Of a DNA stretch of 32,000 nucleotides, positions 19,930 through 27,506 are shown one piece after another; position 1 is the first letter of the stretch, and each line of letters starts with the position of its first letter. The notes under the pieces are model-generated. The model was not told the DNA's origin. It saw nothing but the letters and a program-made list of their open reading frames with translations, and searched no databases. The position numbers and the translations under genes are program-made. The stretch is taken from contig NZ_PQWO01000001.1 of assembly GCF_003231495.1 (NCBI RefSeq), positions 573,850 to 605,849 of the forward strand, read 5' to 3'. The DNA comes from Acaryochloris thomasi RCC1774 (lineage in GTDB: Bacteria > Cyanobacteriota > Cyanobacteriia > Thermosynechococcales > Thermosynechococcaceae).

Positions 19930-22230
19930 CTAGTATTTGGAATAGAGAACCGGCGATATTGGAGGAACAGTAGCCTGAGCGAGCGAAGCGCGATACTGAC
20001 TTTTAACCGGCCGCGTCATATCCCAGGGTGGATACCAGTAAATATCATGAACGATAGTTGCGGACTCCCTCGTTTCAGTCTTTGCCCAAGTAACAACGCC
20101 AAAATTGTTGTGACCGACCACTTCTGAACCTTCCTGGAACCAGCGATTCCGCCACAGCCACGACACAGTCCCTTTTACAACCTGGAGCAGGGAGAGTGAA
20201 CGAGAGCGTTGAGACCAGCGATGAGTGGGCGGCAAGTCAGTTGCTTGTGCCTTCTGCCTAGGAATCCAGCGCACCTGATACTGCCAGTCCGGTTTCGCTT
20301 CAGAATTCTCGACAGGGGGGATGCGCCACCCTACCCGAGCTTTAGCAGACTCTGGAAATAATGATTTGAGCCGAGTATGAACCAGATAGGTCGCTAGCTC
20401 AGCGTTCTTCATCGCGCTGGACGTCAACTGAACAATGACGCTGCTATGAGGGGCTGCTTGAGCGTTGTCGTGGGTCCAGTGATCGAGTCTGATGGTGCTG
20501 CCGTAGTGAATATCGCCTGAGAGCAAAATCACTCGATCTCGATAGGTACTCAGATAACTCAACAACTGCGTAAATGCGCCCTCATGAAAATTCCAGGCAT
20601 CACCGACATCATTATCAAACACCTTACCCCGCTGAAAATCATACTGCTGCACAGCATCAATGATAGATAAACTAACAAGATTGGTGGGCAGCACAATTAG
20701 CGTTTCCCGGATTTTTGCGCCCCGCTGATTGAGCGCATCTGTATGCCGTAAAGGAGCCTCAATCTGCTGGCGAAAAGCGGATGGGCAAAGTAGCATTGGA
20801 GGCGCGATCTTTTCTGTATCTTTAGGGTAGCCTCGCCAAGTCCGCGTATCCAAAACCAAGACTTCATGGCAATCGCTGCGGATTGTATAGAACCAGCTCA
20901 GCGCTTCAGGATCTCGTTCCAAAATTAGGACTTCTTCTTCTGTCTGTGTGCGAGGCTGACCGGTTTGCTCATCGGTGAGCGGCATACCCACATATCGACC
21001 TATCTGTCGCCAAGCCTTCTGATCGGTTCCCCGCGAGAGAGACCATTGTTCAACATTTTTCAGCAGAGACGCACCGGGCTGATTTTGAACAAACTGCTCT
21101 GGCGTATTCCCCCAGGCCTGAAAAAGAGCGTAGGCCAACAGCCCATTTTGGACAACGCAGCGACCTAGCGGCTGGCTGAGCACGCGGTTGCACCAGTTGT
21201 GGTTGAGATACCAGTCGTCGCTGATATCGTGGTCATCGCAAATCATATAGGTGGGAACATTCGCTAACGCCCGCCTGACCTGAGCGACACCGTGAACAAA
21301 GGTTTGCATGTCTGCTGCATCTTGCGACCATCGTTTCGATGCACTCCGACCCCCGTGCAGCGAATTGGCGTCAAGAATTGCCTCTGGCTCCGGCCATAAA
21401 ACCGGCGACCAGGCCAGTAGATAGGCAATACAGTATTCTGCGAAACTGAACAGATGGCTCTTCGCGGTTTCAGGACTGTTGTGCAACATGGCCGTCAACC
21501 CACACTTCTGGCGGGCGATTTCAGTGCGCTCTCCCGGTGGCCAAAGCTTGGGGCTGTAATAATCGAATGTGCCGTTTTCGAATCTATCAACCGGTAGCAT
21601 TTCCTCCCAGCCCAGCAGTACAGGACCTAAACGAATGGCAATCCACAGAAAAGGGTCGGCAACATCATCGCCATAAATCTGATCGCCCGTGAGAAAAAGC
21701 TGGTGCGGTCTCCGCTCTACAAGGTGGGCATCTCGAATGAGTAAGTCATCAAGCAGCGGCAAAATGTCAGGTCCACCCCCGTGAGGTTTACGGCAGGAAC
21801 CGTGGACAATTTTCAAGTCATCCAGGCTGACGGGCGGTAGGACAAATGTGGGTAGATGATGGGAAAAGTAGCTGAGAGAGCCTTGTTCTAAGAGAGCTTC
21901 AGTGCGCAGACTGACAGATTTCTGAGTCCCTTGAGCGAGAAACTCAAGATCGTAGGCATAGATTTGTCCCGGCTGGAGGGACGTTTGTAGCACTGCAGCG
22001 GTGACGGCAACAAGGTGAAGCTGGCGGCCCATTTGGATCGTTTGGCCTTGGCCCCTGGCAACCATTTTCTGGATTTTACGACCCTGCTCGCCTGCAAGAT
22101 AGATGTTTAGGGTGACGACACTCTTTTTGCTGAGGGCAACCCACACCGTAACAGCCTCAGACTCTGTTCTACGAAGAATGGGACCAGCCAGTATCAAAGG
22201 GAGCGCGGCGGTCGCAACGTTAACTGGCAT
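19930..22230 (-). CDS. PhoD-like metallophosphatase family protein
   Basis: The ordered motifs HGSCRKP, FLTGDQIYGDD, ICDDHDISDDWY and LLSGDIHYGS fit PhoD/calcineurin-like phosphoesterases. I saw no obvious signal or Tat motif. I moved the start to ATG 22230; the track start is a TTG. Confidence 0.68.
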   Translation of the reverse strand: MPVNVATAALPLILAGPILRRTESEAVTVWVALSKKSVVTLNIYLAGEQGRKIQKMVARGQGQTIQMGRQLHLVAVTAAVLQTSLQPGQIYAYDLEFLAQGTQKSVSLRTEALLEQGSLSYFSHHLPTFVLPPVSLDDLKIVHGSCRKPHGGGPDILPLLDDLLIRDAHLVERRPHQLFLTGDQIYGDDVADPFLWIAIRLGPVLLGWEEMLPVDRFENGTFDYYSPKLWPPGERTEIARQKCGLTAMLHNSPETAKSHLFSFAEYCIAYLLAWSPVLWPEPEAILDANSLHGGRSASKRWSQDAADMQTFVHGVAQVRRALANVPTYMICDDHDISDDWYLNHNWCNRVLSQPLGRCVVQNGLLAYALFQAWGNTPEQFVQNQPGASLLKNVEQWSLSRGTDQKAWRQIGRYVGMPLTDEQTGQPRTQTEEEVLILERDPEALSWFYTIRSDCHEVLVLDTRTWRGYPKDTEKIAPPMLLCPSAFRQQIEAPLRHTDALNQRGAKIRETLIVLPTNLVSLSIIDAVQQYDFQRGKVFDNDVGDAWNFHEGAFTQLLSYLSTYRDRVILLSGDIHYGSTIRLDHWTHDNAQAAPHSSVIVQLTSSAMKNAELATYLVHTRLKSLFPESAKARVGWRIPPVENSEAKPDWQYQVRWIPRQKAQATDLPPTHRWSQRSRSLSLLQVVKGTVSWLWRNRWFQEGSEVVGHNNFGVVTWAKTETRESATIVHDIYWYPPWDMTRPVKSQYRASLAQATVPPISPVLYSKY

Positions 22231-22285
22231 AACAGATATTTGCAAAGCGTAAGCCAAGCATCATTGGCCCATCCGAAGCCTGAAT

Positions 22286-22312
22286 CAAAAGTGGCGAGGC
22301 AGCATCCACTTT
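22286..22312 (-). terminator. 8-bp stem hairpin (AAAAGTGG / CCACTTTT, 11-nt loop) about 100 nt downstream of the sdhB stop. It is a weak terminator candidate, and one arm resembles the MITE terminal repeat.
   Basis: Read directly from the sequence. On the minus strand the stem is followed by TTGATT. The segment GGCAGCATCCACTTTTC resembles GGGAGCATCCCACTTTTG at 23947. Confidence 0.3.
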
Positions 22313-22410
22313 TCTTAGCTCGAACTCATCAAGTGTATGAACTCAGACATTCCAGGAAAGTTCCGTTATGAAGTCTATAATCTGTTGCGAGCTCTGTCGC
22401 TCGTTCGGGC

Positions 22411-23646
22411 TTATCGAAGACCGAGCCAAGTAAAGAAGTCTTGATGAGTTATCAGCTCTAGCAACAACAGTGCAATGAAACCGATCATCGCAAAGCGACC
22501 ATTGACCTGTTCAGCATAGGTACTCCAGCCAAAAGATGGCTCAGGTCTGTCCTCGTGAGAGATAGTTTCTTGAGGAATAGAGTCAGACTTAATTGGGGTT
22601 TCAGGCGAGGGATCGCTCATTGTTTTTGCAGGCTGCGACCCTCGCATCTTAACGGAATTGATCAGCGATCGCACTTCTGCGGTCCCTTCTGAAGCCTCAA
22701 AAGCCCCTGGAAACTTACCCCGCTGCAGCATTCGCAGTCCTAGCGGCGCTAGGCTCAGTAGCCCCTTTAAATCTCGAAAGCCATTGCCCACCACCTTGAG
22801 GCCAAACTGTCGTTCATCAATCCAGCCCCCCTGCTGTACCAAGTCCACCAGCACCTTGCGGTGACGTACGGAACGACTCGACTGAGCATCCTGACGCGGT
22901 AGAATCTCAGACTTAATGTTGCTGATCTGATCAAGGGGCGCAACTTCCATGGGGCAAACGGCGTTGCAGTTAAAGCAGCGCGTACAGCCCCAGACTCCCT
23001 CTGTCCCGTCGTACTGCGACAGCCGCGCCTCAGTTGCTTGGTCACGGGTATCTGCCAGCATGCGCTGTGCCTTCGCAAGGGCGTGGGGACCGACAAAGTC
23101 TGGATTGACTTCCCGAGCATTACAGTCGGAATAACAGGCTCCGCAAAGAATGCAGTTTCCCATTTGATCGAGCTTGGCTCGGTCTTCTGGCGACTGTAGA
23201 AATTCACGTTCTGGTATCTTTCGGCCTGCCGTACTCACATAAGGGTCAATGGCCTCTAGATTTTGCCAAAAATCCTGCATATCGACGATTAAATCTTTGA
23301 CGACCGGCATGTTACCCATAGGGGCAATTTCAATCTCAAATTCAGGATGCTCCCCTAAACCTTCAGCTGCTTCTGCAGCCAAGGACGTTGCAACGACTCG
23401 CCGTTCTAACTCTTGTTTAATGGTTTCCTTGCAAGCCAGCGCAGCCCGACCATTAATGCGCATTGAACAACTACCGCAAATGGTATTACGGCAGTTTTTT
23501 CGAAAAGCAAGGGTACCGTCTTGCTCCCACTTAATTTGATTGAGACACTCAAGAACAGTAGCGCTAGGCTCTACTTCTAAAATGTAGGTTTGAAGTCGGG
23601 GCTGTTGATGAGGTTGCTGACGCACAACCTTAAACGAGACCTGCAT
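22411..23646 (-). CDS. sdhB: Succinate dehydrogenase/fumarate reductase iron-sulfur subunit with a C-terminal one-helix Hlip/CAB-type domain
   Basis: CRNTICGSCSMRINGRAALAC (Cx4Cx2Cx11C), CILCGACYSDC and CTRCFNCNAVCP. The C-terminus is FGWSTYAEQVNGRFAMIGFIALLLLELITHQDFFTWLGLR, which matches the Hlip motif ExxNGRxAMxGF. Confidence 0.9.
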   Translation of the reverse strand: MQVSFKVVRQQPHQQPRLQTYILEVEPSATVLECLNQIKWEQDGTLAFRKNCRNTICGSCSMRINGRAALACKETIKQELERRVVATSLAAEAAEGLGEHPEFEIEIAPMGNMPVVKDLIVDMQDFWQNLEAIDPYVSTAGRKIPEREFLQSPEDRAKLDQMGNCILCGACYSDCNAREVNPDFVGPHALAKAQRMLADTRDQATEARLSQYDGTEGVWGCTRCFNCNAVCPMEVAPLDQISNIKSEILPRQDAQSSRSVRHRKVLVDLVQQGGWIDERQFGLKVVGNGFRDLKGLLSLAPLGLRMLQRGKFPGAFEASEGTAEVRSLINSVKMRGSQPAKTMSDPSPETPIKSDSIPQETISHEDRPEPSFGWSTYAEQVNGRFAMIGFIALLLLELITHQDFFTWLGLR

Positions 23647-23946
23647 AAAAACTCACTCGGCAGAAAATCAGTATATACAGCAGTACCCGGATGTGTCAGG
23701 ACGGCCCTCCGTTGGCAGACATCGCGCTCAGCCACTTTGTTGTTTTAGATCAACACGTGTACCGCTATCACTTAGGGTAACCTTCTTCTCGAGGCAAGAT
23801 TTCCCAAAACATTCTTAAGTTTATAAAAGTGAACAATAGAAGAAACCCTCAGAGTCACTCGACGAAAGAAGAGTCTCTTCTGCCTAATCGATGGCGATCA
23901 GAGGACTCTCTTAAGCAGAATGCAGGTTAACAACTCACGGTTCGTT

Positions 23947-24106
23947 GGGAGCATCCCACTTTTGTATCTGGCGATCAAAATCGCAGCGAGAAAAACCAAG
24001 CTGGCCTGCGCAGGTTAAAGATAATGCGTGAGTCCGCGTAGGCGGATTTCTTCTATACAGCCGCGATTTCAATCGCTAGGCGTTTCTGCAAAAGTAGGAT
24101 GCTCCC
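23947..24106. mobile_element. MITE-like element of 160 bp, bounded by 18-bp terminal inverted repeats with 17/18 complementary positions
   Basis: GGGAGCATCCCACTTTTG (23947-23964) pairs with CAAAAGTAGGATGCTCCC (24089-24106). The interior is non-coding and contains small hairpins: GCGATcaaaATCGC, TCCGCgtagGCGGA and GCGATttcaATCGC. No target-site duplication is evident. Confidence 0.5.
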
Positions 24107-24455
24107 CGATGCATTAAATTCAATTTTAGGTCTTGCTGACTGAGCACGAAGTCTTTGATCGAGAGGATAAACAAATAAATTGATCAATATGATTTGAGAG
24201 AATTCTCAATGCACCTTTTACCGATGCTGATTACCGAGGCAAGTGCATAATCCTTTTGTGCAGACTCTTAATGGTGTTTGCTCAACTAAAAAACAAATTT
24301 TTTTCAAACTAGTGATAATGATTAATTTTTTTTTGCTATGCTTGTAGCAAGTGTAAAACACTTTGTTGTAAGCTTTGGTAGTCTCAATTGAAGGCTCGAT
24401 ACAACAGCCTCGTCTACATTAATCTTCATCTATAAACTGAGGAATGCTTTTATAA

Positions 24456-24836
24456 ATGACCACTGATACAAAAGATACAGCGTTAACAGGTAAAGCGCTC
24501 TTAGCTAAAGTTAAAGAACTACAGCACTTATCTCGGCGGGAAAAAGCGAAGGCATGTGGTTACTACACAATCACAAAAAATAATAAGCCCCGTGTTAACC
24601 TGGGTGATTTTCTCAATGCTGTTATTGAAGCAAAGGGAATTACGCTGAGCCCCGGTGGCGATAAGGATGGCCGTGGACGAGAGCCGACTTACCGCGTTAG
24701 CGTACACAAAAATGGCCAAATCGTGATTGGGTCAACCTATACTGAAGCGATGGGTTTGCAGCCCGGTGATGAGTTTGAAATTAAGCTTGGCTACAAGCAT
24801 ATTCACCTGATCCAGATTGATGAGGAAGATAGCTAG
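24456..24836 (+). CDS. cyabrB: Cyanobacterial AbrB-like transcriptional regulator (cyAbrB; C-terminal SpoVT/AbrB domain)
   Basis: The N-terminal region LLAKVKELQHLSRREKAKACGYYTITKNNKPRVNLGDFLNAVIEAKGI and the C-terminal GQIVIGSTYTEAMGLQPGDEFEIKLGYKHIHL match the cyAbrB (CalA/CalB, Sll0359/Sll0822-type) architecture as I recall it. Confidence 0.87.
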   Translation: MTTDTKDTALTGKALLAKVKELQHLSRREKAKACGYYTITKNNKPRVNLGDFLNAVIEAKGITLSPGGDKDGRGREPTYRVSVHKNGQIVIGSTYTEAMGLQPGDEFEIKLGYKHIHLIQIDEEDS

Positions 24837-24939
24837 GGCTGTTCCTTTCTCTCTGTTGATGGGCTGAAAAAAATTAAGATCGTCCGGGTCTCAAGCGTCA
24901 ATTGCTCCTGCATTGGAGGTTGTTAAATTTGACAGTTGA

Positions 24940-26184
24940 CTAGGGCGATTTTAATTTGGCTCGAATGAGAGTGACAGGATTAAGGGGTTGCCAGCGCGTC
25001 AGAGTCGCGATCGGGACTGAACGTGACACTTGAATCTGCAATAACTGCGTTGACCAATGGTGGGTTCGTAGCCAGTGAAGAGCTATTTCTAAGGTTTCTA
25101 AGGTTGCGATCGCAAGCACAATAACGGTCTGTTTGCAGGCATGTATTTGACAACAATCTAAAATAGTCGATAAGTTTCCGCCACTGCCACCAATAAAAAT
25201 GCGGTCTGGAGGCGGCAGAGCTGCCAGTACATCGGGTGCTGTTCCGCAAATTGCCTCAACGTTGTTGACCGCGAACCGCCGACAGTTTTGCTGGATCAAA
25301 CGATGTCCAATTACCGTTTTTTCTACGGCATAGACGGTACTGCTCGCTGAAATTCTGGCTGTTTCAATGGAAACAGAACCCGTTCCGGCTCCAATATCCC
25401 AAATGATCTGATTTTCACGGAGATCAAGTTCTGCGAGAGCTAAGACTCTGACCTCACGCTTCGTAATCAGGCTAGGGCGATCAGGAAAGCTTAAAAAGCT
25501 CCCGTCCGGCAGACCTAGGTGTGGCCAATCTTGTTCTGAAGGGGTGGGTGTAAGCCGAATCAGAATAACAATGTTGAGAGCTGCAAAGGTCTGCCCCAGC
25601 AGTTGAGAGGGGGCAAATCCCTGCACTTGTTCTGACGGACTTCCTAAATCTTCGCAAACCCAAAACTGATAGGCGATAGGCAGATCAAGCGTTAGAAATA
25701 ACTGAGCAATTGCCGCTGGCGTATAGGTGGGATCCGTAAAAATTGCGATTTTGTCATCCCCTTTCTGCAGGGCCTGAATCAATCGCTCTGGCGATCGCCC
25801 GTGCAGACTGACGATGTTCGCATCCTGCCACGGTACTTTGATGCGGCTGAAGGCCAGTTGGACGGCACTGAGGTGGGGATGAAACGTAAGCTGCTCTGCC
25901 GAGAACGTTGTGAGCAGCAGGCGGCCTAATCCAAAAAATAAGGGATCGCCCGAAGCGAGAATCACGACCTTTTTCTGGGGCGAGATCGCCAAATGGTCCT
26001 GGATTTGCTCTAAAGCAGAGCTTAAGTCTCCCAGCGTGAGCTTTGGGGCTGCATGGCTGGGGAAATAGCTGAGATGGCGCTGACCTCCGACGAGGAGCGT
26101 TGCCTGATCGACAGCGGCCTGTGCCGTGGGGCTGAGATCGGCTGCGCCTGCCAGCCCAATCCCCACCACCACTATGGGGTTCAT
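24940..26184 (-). CDS. cobL: Precorrin-6Y C5,15-methyltransferase (decarboxylating), a CbiE-CbiT fusion
   Basis: The N-terminal tetrapyrrole methylase region has VVVGIGLAG and ILASGDPLFFG. The C-terminal class I methyltransferase has IWDIGAGTGSVSIE. I moved the start to ATG 26184, which forms an ATGA overlap with the cobH stop; the track start at 26211 is a TTG. Confidence 0.9.
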   Translation of the reverse strand: MNPIVVVGIGLAGAADLSPTAQAAVDQATLLVGGQRHLSYFPSHAAPKLTLGDLSSALEQIQDHLAISPQKKVVILASGDPLFFGLGRLLLTTFSAEQLTFHPHLSAVQLAFSRIKVPWQDANIVSLHGRSPERLIQALQKGDDKIAIFTDPTYTPAAIAQLFLTLDLPIAYQFWVCEDLGSPSEQVQGFAPSQLLGQTFAALNIVILIRLTPTPSEQDWPHLGLPDGSFLSFPDRPSLITKREVRVLALAELDLRENQIIWDIGAGTGSVSIETARISASSTVYAVEKTVIGHRLIQQNCRRFAVNNVEAICGTAPDVLAALPPPDRIFIGGSGGNLSTILDCCQIHACKQTVIVLAIATLETLEIALHWLRTHHWSTQLLQIQVSRSVPIATLTRWQPLNPVTLIRAKLKSP

Positions 26185-26807
26185 AGGGATCGAGGACTCT
26201 GACGGTCCCAAGCCAGCATGATCAAGGCATTGATAATCGCAGAGGCGGCTGGGGACCCCCCTTTGCGGCCCTCAGTCCGAATTTGGGGCACCGCCTGCTG
26301 AGCCAAAGCCGCCTTTGATTCAACTACGGAGATGAAGCCGACGGGGGCGCCAATCACGAGACTAGGTGATTGTGATGCCGTTTTCAGATGGCGGCAGAGG
26401 GCCAAAAGCGCTGTGGGTGCGTTACCGATTACGTAGATGCCGGTAGGGTACTGCTGTAGACACTGCAGGAGGCCGGTCTCGGTCCTCGTTTGGCCGGGTG
26501 CAGCCATCGAGGCGGTGCTCACGGCGGCTATAATTGGGTTGCCGAAAGTATCTTGAACGAGCCGCTGGATGCCCCGTGCCACCATTTCAACATCTGTAAT
26601 GATAGGGGTGCCTTGGGTCAGGGTTGCGATCGCATCTTCAATCACCCCAGAACTGAACTGCAGCAGATGCTGAAACTCAAAATCAGCCGTACTGTGAATC
26701 ACCCGCCGCACCACAGCATACTCATCTGCCGAGAACGAGTGATGACCCATTTCCTGATCGATTACAGCAAAGCTTTGCTGCAAAATAGGGTGAACCGTCG
26801 GAGACAT
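26181..26807 (-). CDS. cobH: Precorrin-8X methylmutase
   Basis: HPILQQSFAVIDQE, VVRRVIHSTADFEF, IITDVEMV and VIGNAPTAL. I moved the start to ATG 26807 (MSPTVHP); the track start is a GTG. Confidence 0.9.
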   Translation of the reverse strand: MSPTVHPILQQSFAVIDQEMGHHSFSADEYAVVRRVIHSTADFEFQHLLQFSSGVIEDAIATLTQGTPIITDVEMVARGIQRLVQDTFGNPIIAAVSTASMAAPGQTRTETGLLQCLQQYPTGIYVIGNAPTALLALCRHLKTASQSPSLVIGAPVGFISVVESKAALAQQAVPQIRTEGRKGGSPAASAIINALIMLAWDRQSPRSL

Positions 26808-26892
26808 CTTTACTTCAGATTCATCAGTTGTACAAGCCACAGCATAATAGATCGAAGCGTCCTCTTTGGGGCTGCGATGTAAATTGATGCCT

Positions 26893-26921
26893 GGAACTTC
26901 TCACCTCAGGAATGATTCAAG
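26893..26921 (+). promoter_or_regulatory. Conserved 29-nt block upstream of DUF4168-like paralog 1, shared with 28604-28632
   Basis: GGAACTTCTCACCTCAGGAATGATTCAAG vs GGAACTTCCCACCTGCAAAATGATTCAAG gives 24/29 identities. The blocks lie 47 and 49 nt upstream of the respective ATGs, while the surrounding sequence has diverged. Confidence 0.35.
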
Positions 26922-26967
26922 GCTAGCAATATTGCTCTAGAAAAGATTTCGTTAGATCTTGACAGTC

Positions 26968-27435
26968 ATGGCAAATCGAGTTCACTTCCCCCCACAACCG
27001 TCTCAACTTCGTCTGAGCCACCGACTAACCTGGATCTTTTTACTCTCCACATCAGCCAGTTTATTAGGGCTAACCCCGAGCCTCACGCAGAACTTCTCAC
27101 GCATTGAAATTGCCTCCGTTGCCTATGCTCAAGATTTGCTGCTTAAAATCGACAATTATGCTAAATCCGTCCTACAGATGGAACCCCTCCGTATTCAAGC
27201 CTTGAATCAAGTGCAGGCAGAACTAGGTTCGCAGACCCCGAAAGACGTCTGCCGTCAAAATGAGCTACCCAACGCAGTGAAAACGATCTGCACCAACTTC
27301 TTTAATCAGTCTGCTGAAATTATTCGGCTCAACGGTCTGTCTAACCGGGAGTTCAATCAAATCACTGAAAAGGTACAGATGGATTCGCTTTATCGACAGC
27401 GCCTTAATGAGGCACTGCTGGAACAAACCAAATAA
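26968..27435 (+). CDS. DUF4168-like secreted or membrane-anchored protein (paralog 1)
   Basis: An N-terminal hydrophobic segment (LTWIFLLSTSASLLGL), then NYAKSVLQMEPLRIQALNQV...CRQNELPNAVKTICTNFFNQSAEIIRLNGLSNREFNQITEKV. I moved the start to ATG 26968. Confidence 0.7.
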   Translation: MANRVHFPPQPSQLRLSHRLTWIFLLSTSASLLGLTPSLTQNFSRIEIASVAYAQDLLLKIDNYAKSVLQMEPLRIQALNQVQAELGSQTPKDVCRQNELPNAVKTICTNFFNQSAEIIRLNGLSNREFNQITEKVQMDSLYRQRLNEALLEQTK

Positions 27436-27506
27436 ACGATTCATTCTCTCAGCAACAGCTGAGGATGTGCGTCGATCGGTCCTAGATTCGCGTACTCTAA
27501 GTTGAT

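Noticed and set aside
23344-23355. An exact 12-mer, AGGATGCTCCCC, inside sdhB that is identical to the inner part of the MITE right terminus (24096-24107), with partial flanking similarity (CAAATTC vs CAAAAGT)
   Set aside because: It is a single short match inside an intact coding region (it encodes GEHPEF). It is suggestive of a repeat-derived insertion in the SdhB N-terminal domain, but I cannot distinguish it from chance without genome-wide motif counts.
26808-26967. Cobalamin riboswitch upstream of cobH
   Set aside because: Only about 150 nt are available, and I could not find a B12-box-like core or the expected paired regions. A definitive answer needs cmscan with RF00174.
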